From assembly GCA_950097015.1 (NCBI GenBank), contig CATNEN010000038.1:3472001-3536000 (forward strand): 64,000 bases of DNA, in the 5' to 3' direction. This DNA is from Macrostomum hystrix (Eukaryota; Animalia; Platyhelminthes). The notes below the pieces were generated by a model. The model saw only the letters and a program-made list of their open reading frames with translations, was not told the origin of the DNA and did not search any database. Positions 39,834 through 52,100 of this stretch are shown here, one piece after another. Position numbers and translations under genes: made by a program. The first letter of the stretch is position 1. Every line of letters starts with the position of its first letter.

Positions 39834-40527
39834 ATTAGCAATGTCGATTGACTCATTCTCATAAAGAGCTATTTTTCCGACTGCTTATTATTTAGAAAGG
39901 CTAGCTTTGATTGAAGTTTATTAACTTACGATTCTTAGCTGCATTTTAATATTCTCAAGTCGGTGCTTTGTTTATTTTTTGATAAAACTTGAACTAAACT
40001 TGCAATCTAATTTTTCTCTCAACAGTTCTAACAAACGGAATTATTTATTTTTCTATTTATAGGTGTGCATTTAGTAACATTTTATGAAATCCAACTTTCC
40101 TTTGTCTGGAATGGAATAATTTCTTTTCATTTCAACAGTCGTCTTTTTATCTCCAATGCAGCTTTTGGTTCATTTTAATGACCTTTATGCTTAATTCTGT
40201 ACTTACGAAATGATATTCTATATAATATGACTAATTAACATGGATTTCTTTATTTTGCCATCCCCTATTTAAAGCCTCAATTTTTTACCGCTGAAACGAT
40301 AAACGAAGCGTAATTGTCAAAAAATTGATTTATATATGAAATCTATGTCACTAAAAAATAAGTAATATCAGTTGCAGCCACAGCTAAGCAAAAATTTTAT
40401 TGCATATATTGCACTTAGCACTGTGGGTACTTTAGCATTATTATTTTACAATACTACTGTTGGCAGCGGTCTTATCAGTAGTGTAGTTTGATTGCATTCG
40501 TTCATGTTCATGTTATTGTACATTCTA

Positions 40528-40708
40528 CCAAGCACCGAGAGAATGATGACGGAAGCGATACGTTTAGGAGTTTCACCTGAACTTGATGGTCGGTCGCTTG
40601 GAAACAATCGATCGATCTCCTCCTATGCAATGCACTTTAAAGTTGACCGTCGGTTTGCAAATCTGCGCCGCGCAGAGTACTTGTAGATCGTCCTGACTCT
40701 CGGCTTGG
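40528..40708 (+). ncRNA. Candidate long structured box C/D RNA (copy B) in the KIF4-CEP131 spacer
   Basis: Terminal stem CCAAG-CA-CCGAGAG / CTCTCGG-CTTGG closes box C ATGATGA (40543-40549) and box D CTGA (40693-40696) with canonical kink-turn spacing. Internal helices are present. Confidence 0.65.
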
Positions 40709-40835
40709 CTGCACATGATCCAGAGTTCCCCTAATTAGTCTGGCTATTGTTTATATCAGCTGTTGGTATGACCCTCAAATGTTCTCTGGGGGTAATCGAT
40801 TGCTAGTCTACATACACAAATGACTGTTGTTGCAG

Positions 40836-43367
40836 GATCTCAGTCTGACCGGATCCCAGATCGGCTCCGCCCGGAGTCGCCTCAGCTCCGGCTCCGCTGG
40901 CAATGGAGGAGGTCGCGGCGAAGGTCGCGACTCTGCTAGAAGCCGTGGCGGCGGCGGTTGGCGTGTCGCCGGCGGCGGTTCGCAGACCGATCTGAGCAAC
41001 GGAGCCCGGAAGCAGACGGGTGGCGGAAAGTCCACCGTATCCAAGACCTCATCGAAGGCGTCATCGGCCGCTTCGCACAGCTGCTTCCTGCCGCCGCAGG
41101 GCCTGCCAGACAGTGCTAGATCCGACGCCACGGCTGTATCCGCGCTAACTGCCGGCGCCAGTTCCACTTATCGACAGACGCCACGGATCAGACAAAGATT
41201 GCTGCCCGAGAAGCAGCCGCAGAAAAAGCAGCAGCAGCGACCTCCCGAACTCGACATGTACCTGGATCTGAACCAATTGGAATCGGACAATGACGAAGCA
41301 GATGCCGAAGCTAAGCAGGCTCTTGCCTTGGTTGCTTCTGGTGGTGCACAAAAGCAGCAACAGCAGCAGCAAAAGAAGCTTCGAGACTGGGATGAGATTC
41401 GAGTTGCATCGAGCGGTGAACTTGGAGACGACCATTATGATCGCGAAGAGGACAATAGTAATGACAATGATAGAGTCGGCTCACCTTTGTCTGTATCGCA
41501 CAGTGCTAGGCAGAATGTCGAAGTCTATGTCGCCAAGGTGAGCTCGGGGAACTGTGAAAAAAGGTTTTTATTAGTCTGTCAATTTTTTCATACTTAAAAA
41601 ACTTGCTGCTTAATCAGTTCTGAAATCCTAGGCAATCGAGTAGTATAACTTTGCTGCTCCTTAGAACAAAAGCAAAGCAACAGAAATTATTTTCATTCGT
41701 GACAATTCTAACGAATTTTAATAACCGACATGGCTACTAATTTCTTTTATTAGTTTAAGAGGCCAGCAGAAAATTAACAAATGAAGCTGGGTTCGATTAC
41801 ACTCATATGCGACGAGAAAGAAGTGAAGTTTTCCTGCTATTTCCTGGAAATAGCCCGCTTATTCAGAGCTTTTACTGGTTTTTTGGAAACGAAGTTAAGA
41901 GGAAAAACCTATCCTACAGCGGCACGCATGTGGCGCGTGATTCAAGGTCGAATACACTGCAGGTCACGTGCTTTTTGTTTTTTCTAAAAATAGCCTAGCC
42001 TAACTCACAAGCAACCCACCCACCGAACCACTCACGAACAGGTGTCGGCCGCTGTACGGATTCAACGCTGGTGGCGCCGTCATCGTCGGCGCCGGGCAGC
42101 CTGTCAGGCGGCTCTGCGCCGTCTCGCGGCCGAGTCGAAGGCTCGCCTCGCCTCTCTGGGACCGGAGCTGCCAACTGCAGCCGAGCAGGCGGAGGCTGCC
42201 AGAGCCAAACGCGAAGCCGCCGCATCTCAGGATCGTCAGCGGGCCGTCCGCGATTTGCGAGCCAAGCGCGAAGAGAAGCGAGCCGCGGAAGCGTCCGAAG
42301 CGAAGCGCGTGGCCGAGGCGGAAGTTAATAAACTGGACAAGGCGGGGCAGATTCGCAAATCTAAAGCGTTTAGCGGCGGTCTGTCGCAGCAGGTTTGTAC
42401 TTTTTGTGCTTATATTCGACACTTCTATTACCTCTCATTCGCCATTCATTTATTAATAATCATGTACTGCATAGCCCATCTGGGGAGGTGAGTGGCTGAG
42501 CGTTTCAACGCTTCTGCCTCTCGCACCAAGGTTCCTCAGCTCGAATCCGTTGCGAGGCCACGTTCAATTGGGGCGCAGCCGCGGAGAGAGGCTCGTAGGC
42601 TTTTCGTGCAATTTACGCTTTCGAGGGGAGGAATCTCCAAGGCGCAGTGAGATTGTACACTGCCTGACGATGGGAAAGTCAGTGCAGATGTACACACCTG
42701 TGTGAGCGCATGCCTGCGTACGGCAATTTGTGTGCGTGTGTGCTCAGGAGTCAGCGGAATGGGCAGAATAGCCTTCTCGCTGGCTAAGGGTCTAGTGTCA
42801 TTGAATGATGTGCCATTGCCCGCAGCTCCCTGAAATTATTATTATTAATTATCAACTATATTTACTATTTGTTTTCATCGTGTTCCAGTCCCATCCTCAA
42901 GCACTTAAAGAGAGACGCGATAGTCCTAAATCTCCAGTAATGGCAGCAGCAGTCTCATCCTCGCCTAGTCCAACACCTCGGACTCAGCAGCAGCAGCAGC
43001 AGAAACCGCCGCCAGAAGATTCCGTCAGCGAGCTGGACGCGGCCACTCTAGTCTCCTCGGCTGCGAGTCGTCGCACCGTAGGCGGCGCCAGCTCTAAGGC
43101 TCAAGACATTTTCAGCACACTGAAGGCTCTGGAGGAGCCGTTGGAAGGCGGCGGCGGCAGAGGCGTCGGGAAGCCGCGCAGCGCTTGGGTTGACGATATC
43201 GATCGTCTTCTGTCAGCGGAGCCCCAACCAGTCGCCGCGGCGGCGGTTGGGCAGTCGACCAGCAGCTTGACGGCTGACCGGCTGGCCGCTTTGGACAGTA
43301 GCGGAAATTCCTCGAAATCTGCAGCCGCTGGAAAGCGCATGAATAACTGGCTGACTGGGGTGCAGCT

Positions 43368-43398
<31 letters not shown>

Positions 43399-46300
43399 CA
43401 ACCAGGGGGTCAGGGATTTCTTGAAACTCCTCGCGCCGAAGCCATCTCCAAGCAGTTAGACGCTGCTATGGAAGCCGCTACTAGTCAGGTACGAGTAATT
43501 TAAATTTTTTTGAAGAATCCGATCAACTTATCAAGAATTCCAGGAAATCTCTCCCGCCATCCAAGAATAATCGTTTAATTCTAAGAAAAAATATATTTGG
43601 ATATCCAAGAAACCGTTGTGGAATTCCAGGAAATCCATCTCGCTATCCAAGAAACAATCGTTGAATTCCAGGAAATCAAGCCTACTAATTTTATGAAACT
43701 GTTAAGATTTGCTGGAAACCTGCCAATCTGGGAAGGTGACATGTCTTGAATAATCAGCTCGCCCCCGACCTAATGTCGTTAATCCGCAGGTGCTGAGTCA
43801 GCAGCTGGCTCTGGACGAGAAGAATCGCACCGTCGAAAGTCTTCAACGAGCTCTGCAGCAGCAGCGCGAATTAACTGTGCGTCACGTGCGCGAAACGGAG
43901 CGTCAGCTGACCAAACAATTGGAGATGCAGCGAGCCGAGTACGAGGCCACTGTGCAGCGGAACTACACTTTAATTGATCAGCTGATCGATGAAAAAAAGG
44001 TAATCCTATAAAATCAGTGCTGTTTGCTGGAGGGTTGTGGACACTGTCATATAATTTGGTAACTTTCATGTAGATCCGCAGCCAGCGATGAGGCAATTCT
44101 GCCCATTCCGCTGACTCCTGAGCACACACGCACACAGATAATGTATTCAGGCCTAGTAACACTCTGGTGTGTCTGGCGGTGACAATAACAATGGCACATC
44201 GTTTAGTGACACTAGACCCGCAGCCAGTGAGGAGGCAATTCTGCCCATTTCGCTGACTCCTGAGCACACACATCACACAGATACTGTATGCAGTCAAACG
44301 CTCAGGTGTGTACATCTGCCCTGACTTTCTCATCGTCAGGCAGTTTACACTTCACTGTGCCTTGGAGGTTGGCCCTCAAGGGCGTAAATTGCACGACAAG
44401 CCCCCAAGCCTTCTGTCCGCGGCTGCGCCCTAAATGAATGTTGCCTCGCCGTAGAATCGAACTTAGGGACCGTGGTACGAGAAGCAAACCCGTTAACCGC
44501 TCTGCCACCGACCCCCCTGGCGGTGACAATGAGTTAATTATATCCTAAGCTGCCTACTTGAACAGTAGAAAAACCACGGTGGATATTTGGAATACCCACA
44601 TTTTCTTCCTTCTGTATCTCCTAAATTATGGATCCAATCGCGATGAGAATCCAGAGCACCGAACTGTTCCGCTCTATTCGATTAAACAAATTCCTGAATC
44701 ACAAAATATCGGCATAGTTGAATTAATCAATGAATCTCATCGGGGTGTCTCGTGGCAAAACCACCAATATAGGCATAATTTTTCTGATCACATAATTCCA
44801 TCCCGTAATCTTGTCGGCATAGTTAACTATTTTGGATTGATTAAATTATTAAGTGTTTCATTTTCTAACCAATATGGATTCGTCAAAGAGGGCAATGTTA
44901 GTTGTCCTTGCCACCAGGTTCTCCGACAGGAATCGCTGAATATCTCGACGGCTTAGTTAGTTCGTGGTCTTTCTACTGCTAAAGTAGGGTTAATTCGTAC
45001 TGTTATCGACATAATTGCACGGCCTCATTAATTTGGTTTCCTGCGCAACACAGGTGCTTCAGGAGAAGTGCGAGTCAATGCTGCAGGAGTTGAAGTCGTT
45101 GCGCAAGCAGACCGACGACAAGCTGCGACACGCCGAAGAGCGTCACGCGGCCGAGCTGACGAGGGTCAAGGAGCTCCACACTGCCGCCGAGAAGCTGCGA
45201 CGCGAAAAATGGGAGGCTGAGAAAACTAAAAAAATTAAGGAGCTCACCGTGAAAGGCTTGGAGCCCGAAATTCAAGCCATGGTCGCCCGGCACAAGCAGG
45301 AGATGCAGCGGCTCAGGACGCAGCACGAGGCCGACCTCCTGGCTGCCGACGAGAGAGCGGGGCAAAGGTCAGCAGTTAGCGAGTCCTTTCAGATATTCAA
45401 TTTAGATTTTATTAATACTTTTGTGGGTGTGTAGCTTCCAGGTTGGATTTTTTGTGAGTGTGTAGCTTCCAGGTTGGATTTTTTGTGAGTGTGTAGCTTC
45501 CAGGATGGGTTTTTTGTGAGTATGTAGCTTCCGGGATGGGTTTTTTGTGAGTGTGTAGCTTCCAGGTTGGATTTTTTGTGAGTGTGTAGCTTCCAGGATG
45601 GGTTTTTTGTGAGTATGTAGCTTCCGGGATGGGTTTTTTGTGAGTATGTAGCTTCCAGGATGGGATTTTGTGGGTGTGTAGCTTCCGGGATGGGTTTTTT
45701 GTGAGTGTGTAGCTTCCGGGATGGGTTTTTTGTGAGTGTGTAGCTTCTGGGATGGGTTTTTTGTGAGTGTGTAGCTTCCAGGATGGGTTTTTTGTGAGTG
45801 TGTGGCTTCCAGGATGGGTTTTTTGTGAGTGTGTGGCTTCCAGGATGGGTTTTTTGTGAGTGTGTAGCTTCCAGGATGGGTTTTTTGTGAGTGTGTGGCT
45901 TCCAGGATGGGTTTTTTTGTGAGTGTGTAGCTTCCAGGATGGGTTTTTTGTGAGTGTGTAGCTTCCAGGATAGGATTTGTGTAGCTTCCTGGATGGGATT
46001 TTGTGGGTGTGTAGATTCCAGGATGGGATTTTGTGGGTGTGTGGCTTCCAGGATTGGATTTTGTGGGTGTATAGATTACAGGATGGGATTTTGTGGGTGT
46101 GTAGCTTCCAGGATGGGATTTTGTGGTTGTGTAGCTTCCAGGATGGGATTTTGTAGGTGTGTAGTTTCCATTCGTGGCATGTTAGAGCAATAGACTCAAG
46201 ATGAGATTTACACTCAAGTGATTCAGCTGAGCTCATCCAATTCAAATCGAGTCAATCCTGTCGTCAATGCCCTCAGGTATGTCCGCCTAACCGAGGAGCT

Positions 46301-48373
46301 GCGCGACCAGCTGGCCCAGGAGAAGGACGCCGCCTGCGCCAGGGAGCGAGAAGCGGCCAGGCAGCGCTACGAGTCCCAGCTAGAAGCCGAGACGCAGGCC
46401 CTGGAGGCGCAGAGGAAGCGAATGTACGCCGAGGTTCAGGAGGAGAAGGACCGGCTGGCTGACACGGCAGCCAGGCAACGCCAGGAATTGGACAGGCTGA
46501 GGGCCGAGCTGGCTGAAACTCACACAAGATCGGCTGACACTATGAAGAGCGAGTTTGTGCAGGCAAGGGAAGAGCAGGTGAGATATTGAACTTGATCATT
46601 TTAACACTGCTTATAGCCCTTTAATATACCACAGTTTGTCAGTTTTTAGTCTGCTCATTTTGATCGCAGCTCACTGATTGGTCAGTTACCCAGTTAGTTA
46701 CAGCTGACTGATTGGCTAGTTTGGCGCAGCTCACTGATTGGCTAGTTTGTCGCAGCTCACTGATTGGCTAGTTAAGCGCTGCTCACTGATTGACCAGTTA
46801 GTTACAGCTCACTGATTGGCTAGTTTGTCGCAGCTCACTGATTGGCTAGTTAGTCCCGGCTCACTGATTGGCTAGGTAGTCGCAGCTCACTGATTGGCCA
46901 GTTCGTCTTACATAATACTTACTGTTCATACATATAGTAATGTTTGAAGCCAGCTTGTTAAAATAATTCTTCCATTATCCACGAAAAGGATCGTCGGCAC
47001 GAGCAGGAGATGCGCAGCCTTCGCGAAGCTCTGGCCGCCGAGAAGCAGGTATTCGAGCAGAACCTGCTTCGTCGCCAAGAGAGCGCACTGGTGCAGAGGG
47101 AGCGCGAGCTCAAAGAGCAGCTGCGCCGGGAGCGCGACAAAGAGATCGAGCTGGTGCTGCAGCGCCTGGAGGAGGACACCAGCTCGGCCAAGGAGGAGGC
47201 CGAACGTTCGGCGGCGTCGCGCGTTGCCAGACTTAAAGAGAAATTCGCCGGCGAGGTGGCCGAGCTGGAGCGCTCGGAGCGGCAGGCCTTGGAAAAGTAC
47301 AACCAGATTAAGGCGCGCAATCTGGAAGTCGAAGGCGAATTGGAACGCCTAAAAGTGCTGATGAAGCAGAAGGAGGTGGAAATTGACGATATCAGAGCTC
47401 TGTACGACAAACTCAATCGAGAGCGAAAGCAGGTGAGGCTTTCTAAACATATCGGCTGCATTCCTAGCCGCTTTATAGATAGCTGCTTAATTTACTTAAT
47501 TTGCTTATCTGTCTTTGTTGTTGCGCCACTCTAACCGCTTTGTTCTCCAACAACTCTGGTTCCTTTTATCTATACCGCTTCATCTAGGCTCTTTGATCTT
47601 GGCCGCTACACCCAAGACACTTTGATCTTGGCTGCTACACCCAAGACACTTTGATCTTGGCCGCTACACCCAAGACACTTTGATCTTGGCCGCTACACCC
47701 AAGACACTTTGATCTTGGTCGCTACACCCAAGACACTTTGATCTTGGCTGCTACACCCAAGACACTTTGATCTTGGCCGCTACACCCAAGACACTTTGAT
47801 CTTGGCTGCTACACCCAAGACACTTTGATCTTGGCCGCTACACCCAAGACACTTTGATCTTGGCCGCTACACCCAAGACACTTTGATCTTGGCCGCTACA
47901 CCCAAGACACTTTGATCTTGGCCGCTACACCAAAGACACTTTGATCTTCATTTGTTATTTATTTCAGCACATTTTTTGTCCCTAAGTGGTATTTCACTGC
48001 TCACCGCATTCCCCAGGTGTCGGAGGTTGTTCGGCAAGAATTCGCCGACCGTCTAGTCTCAGTCGAGGAGGAGAACAAGCGCCTCAAAGCTGAAGCCTCC
48101 GAGACGCGCGCCCGCTGCGCCCAGGATGTCGAGCGAGCCCGCGCCGAGACTCAAGAGGCCAAGCGGGCCTCCGAAGAGGAGATGGAAGAAATTCACCGCC
48201 GTGTTAAGGAGGCCATTCGCAAGAAGGAGGACGTTGTTAACGAACTGCGCCAGCAATACCAGACGGCTGTTAAACGCGCGGAGCATCTCGAACAGCTGTT
48301 GGAGCAGCAGCGGCAGCAGTTGCTGTCTCTCGGCTCCAAGCAGCCAGCTGGCGCAGCCAAGGATAAGCGTTAA
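40836..48373 (+). CDS. CEP131: Centrosomal protein 131 (AZI1/dilatory); no initiator ATG in the first coding exon
   Basis: Exons 40836-41537, 42042-42392, 42889-43488, 43790-43999, 45054-45367, 46277-46577, 46989-47432 and 48017-48373. N-terminal DLSLTGSQI, IQ motif AAVRIQRWWRRHR, YEATVQRNYTLIDQLIDEKKVL, EKLRREKWEAEKTKKIKELTVKGLEPEIQ, RDKEIELVLQRLE, VVRQEFADRL. Confidence 0.92.
42481..42850 (+). mobile_element. tRNA-derived SINE, near full length (CEP131 intron 2)
   Basis: A-box TGGCTGAGCG, B-box-like GCTCGAATCC, shared body and 3' stem-loop, (ATT)n tail. Confidence 0.85.
44072..44520 (-). mobile_element. tRNA-derived SINE (about 44185-44520) plus an adjacent 3' fragment (about 44072-44152), CEP131 intron 4
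   Basis: Minus strand has A-box TGGCAGAGCGG, B-box GTTCGATTC, the shared body and GGAGTCAGCGAAATGGGCAGAATTGCCTCCTCACTGGC. Confidence 0.85.
44562..44979. mobile_element. MITE of the same family as 15044-15599 (CEP131 intron 4)
   Basis: TIRs CAGTAGAAAAACCACG and CGTGGTCTTTCTACTG; internal similarity to the MDH2 intron copy. Confidence 0.75.
45420..46170. repeat. 31-bp minisatellite GTGTGTAGCTTCCAGGATGGGTTTTTTGTGA in CEP131 intron 5
   Basis: Period 31 (45781 to 45812), about 24 copies. Confidence 0.95.
46665..46905. repeat. 26-bp minisatellite CGCAGCTCACTGATTGGCTAGTTTGT in CEP131 intron 6
   Basis: Period about 26, roughly 9 degenerate copies. Confidence 0.85.
47592..47948. repeat. 29-bp minisatellite CTTTGATCTTGGCCGCTACACCCAAGACA in CEP131 intron 7
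   Basis: Period 29, 12 copies; each unit holds the inverted pair TCTTGG/CCAAGA. Confidence 0.96.
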
Positions 48374-49146
48374 AGAAGCTGTCTGATTAGATGACGAGGC
48401 CTATCTGTGTCTTAGTTACTCTTTACCTTTTTATTCGCACTTTTGGGTGTGTAAAAAATTCGCCCTTTGTCTGAAATGGACCAATTATATCATCTAAGAT
48501 GTAGTTAGCGCCCTTGTGATTATCTGTACGCTGCTGTTGTTTGCCGTCCAACAATCGATTTGATCCGTCCTAAAAGTAATACTTATTGATAAGTTCCATT
48601 TTATTGCTTGAAAGTGTTCCGCGTTGAATCGATCCCTATGAAATTCAGATTTCAGCTGTCTCATGCTAATGCACTTTCTACACTTTCTGTCAATATTTAT
48701 CAACGGGCTGTGCTTGTCTATCTATACTAATAACAACCGTCCATGTTTTGTTTATTTGCTATTCATCTTGTCTTATCACATTTTGCATTCCTTTTTAAAT
48801 GTTTGCTTCTATTAAATTTACTGACCAATTTGCTTATTATTGCCTGAAGTACATTCTGTTATAAATTCTTAACTTTAAAAGTAATAAAAAAGAGTATTAA
48901 TTCTGTAGTTTTTATCTATCTAAATAGCTTCTAAGGGGGGGGGAAATACTATTTTAGCAAGAAATACTATTTAAAAGTGGCTCATTAACTGGTCAGGAAA
49001 AGGAATTGTAAGTTCGTAGGAACTAGCTAAACACTGGCAAAGGTCAACTTTGAAAATTGTTCTAGATTTTATTTCAGATCAAAATCTTTGCTCTGTGATC
49101 TTGCCAAAGTCTGATTAAATTAGCAACATTGTCTCACTGATCAGCG

Positions 49147-52100
49147 ATGGCCACCGCCGGTCCAATAACGGCCATTCGCGCCCTAACTGAGCGCGAGGAC
49201 AATGCCCGCTGTGCCGAGTGCTTCGCCAGCCCGACCACCGTGGCTAGCTTGGACACTGGCGGCACTTTCGTGTGCAACGCCTGCGCCATAGCCTATAGGA
49301 AGGCCGGGCTGAGAACTAAATCTATCGAGCGAGATCGATGGCAGGAGTCAGAGGCTGCTGCGATGCAGGTTACTAAAGTGCCATGCTGTGGGATCTGCTG
49401 ATGCTAACACACCAGCTGCAGTGCCATGCTGTGGGGTCAGCTGATGCTAACACACCAGCTGCAGTGCCATGCTGTGGGATCAGCTGATGCTAACACACCA
49501 GCTGCAGTGCCATGCTGTGGGATCTGCTGATGCTAACACACCAGCTGCAGTGCCATGCTGTGGGATCTGCTGATGCTAACACACCAGCTGCAGTGCCATG
49601 CTGTGGGATCTGCTGATGCTAACACACCAGCTGCAGTGCCATGCTGTGGGATCTGCTGATGCTAACACACCAGCTGCAGTGCCATGCTGTGGGATCTGCT
49701 GATGCTAACACACCAGCTGCAGTGCCATGCTGTGGGATCTGCTGATGCTAACACACCAGCTGCAGTGCCATGCTGTGGGATCTGCTGATGCTAACACACC
49801 AGCTGCAGTGCCATGCTGTGGGATCAGCTGATGCTAACACACCAGCTGCAGTGCCATGCTGTGGGATCAGCTGATGCTAACACACCAGCTGCAGTGCCAT
49901 GCTGTGGGATCAGCTGATGCTAACACACCAGCTGCAGTGCCATGCTGTGGGATCAGCTGATGCTAACACACCAGCTGCAGTGCCATGCTGTGGGATCTGC
50001 TGATGCTAACACACCAGCTGCAGTGCCATGCTGTGGGATCTGCTGATGCTAACACACCAGCTGCAGTGCCATGCTGTGGGATCAGCTGATGCTAACACAC
50101 CAGCTGCAGTGCCATGCTGTGGGATCACCTGATGCTAACACACCAGCTGCAGTGCCATGCTGTGGGATCTGCTGATGCTAACACACCAGCTGCAGTGCCA
50201 TGCTGTGGGATCAGCTGATGCTAACACACCAGCTGCAGTGCCATGCTGTGGGATCTGCTGATGCTAACACACCAGCTGCAGTGCCATGCTGTGGGATCTG
50301 CTGATGCTAACACACCAGCTGCAGTGCCATGCTGTGGGATCAGCTGATGCTAACACACCAGCTGCAGTGCCATGCTGTGGGATCTGCTGATGCTAACACA
50401 TTGGCAGTAGGTACAGGTAGCTGCATGTACTCTAGCCCCCACCAATCGTTCCCTGTCTGCCACCAGGGCAACCTGGCCGTGGCTCAGCAGCTCGAGCGCA
50501 ACCTACCAGCCTTCTACCGCCGCCCGAAGCCGCACTCGGATGCCGAAGTGATTCGCCAGCAGTTTGTTCTGGCCAAGTACAAGCGCAAAGAGTTCACGGA
50601 TCCTGCAATGCAGGTGATTGATCAGTTCTTCTAATCAGTGAAGTTTGTTCGTAACGAATGACACAGAAAATAACTACATTTTTATTCGGCTCCGCCAGGT
50701 CGCCTACCATAAACTGGGCGGCGGCGGCTTCACAAAAGAGGGCGCCCTAATGAAACGCCTGAAAGATTCGGAGAAGTACCTGCCCAGACACTTTGAATTG
50801 TCTGAGAAGGACAACTATTTGAGATACTTTGTTAAGGATGGCGCCAGACCCAAGACTACAATCCCTATTGACCAGGTATGGATTTCAATCTACTTTCTAC
50901 CACCTAGACCCTCAGGTTTGGGGTGTAACTCTACCACCCTAATCCTCAGGTTTGGGGTGTAACTCTACCACCCTAATCCTCAGGTTTGGGGTGTCACTCT
51001 ACCACCCTAATCCTCAGGTTTGGGGTGTCACTCTACCACCCTAATCCTCAGGTTTGGGGTGTCACTCTACCACCCTAATCCTCAGGTTTGGGATGTAACT
51101 CTACTACCATAATCCTCAGGTTTGGGATGTAACTCTACTACCCTAATCCTTAGGTTTGGGGTGTAACTCTACCACCCTAATCCTCAGGTTTGGGGTGTAA
51201 CTCTACTACCATAATCCTCAGGTTTGGGATGTAACTCTACTACCATAATCCTCAGGTTTGGGATGTAACTCTACTACCCTAATCCTTAGGTTTGGGGTGT
51301 AACTCTACCACCCTAATCCTCAGGTTTGGGGTGTAACTCTACTACCATAATCCTCAGGTTTGGGATGTAACTCTACTACCCTAATCCTCCGGTTTGGGGT
51401 GTAACTCTATTACCCTAACCATCAGGTTTGGGGTGTCACTCTACCACCCTAATCCTCAGGTTTGGGGTGTCACTCTACCACCCTAATCCTCAGGTTTGGG
51501 ATGTCACTCTACTACCCTAATCCTCAGGTTTGGGGTGTCACTCTACTACCCTAATCCTCAGGTTTGGGGTGTCACTCTACTACCCTAATCCTCAGGTTTG
51601 GGGTGTCACTCTACTACCCTAATCCTCAGGTTTGGAATGTCTATCTCGGTTTGTTTCCTAAAATGAAATTTAGCTAGTAGAGCAACAAATTCTTGTTGGT
51701 CAAAAAGGAATTAAATCTGAAATTTCTCCCCAGGTGAATGTGACCATGCTAGGCACGGCGGTGGATGGCCACTCCAACCTGATGCAGATCATGTTCCCCC
51801 AGGGCGGCAGGACTCGCAGCATCTACGTCTATCACGAGGAGGAGCAGGAGATCATCAACTGGTACAACGCGGTGCGCGGCTGCAAGTTCTATCGGTATCA
51901 GATGTCGCTGCTATCTGCTGACGAACTTCGGCAGCTGACCCTGACCTACGATTTCATCATCTGCGATTGGCTGTGCAAGACTGGGCCGAATCATACGGAG
52001 GCGTGGAAGAGGCGCTGGTGCTTCCTGCTGCGTAGATCGATATTCTACTTTGCTAACTTTATGGAACCGCAGGTGAAATATCGGGTCCTCTTAATGTTTG

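Noticed and set aside
49377-50400. CRISPR-like arrays (this and other 28-45 bp repeats)
   Set aside because: Units are head-to-tail with no unique spacers, there are no cas genes, and the context is eukaryotic introns.
50897-51637. Interstitial telomeric repeat (CCCTAA in each unit)
   Set aside because: Only one hexamer per 34-bp unit; there is no (TTAGGG)n run.
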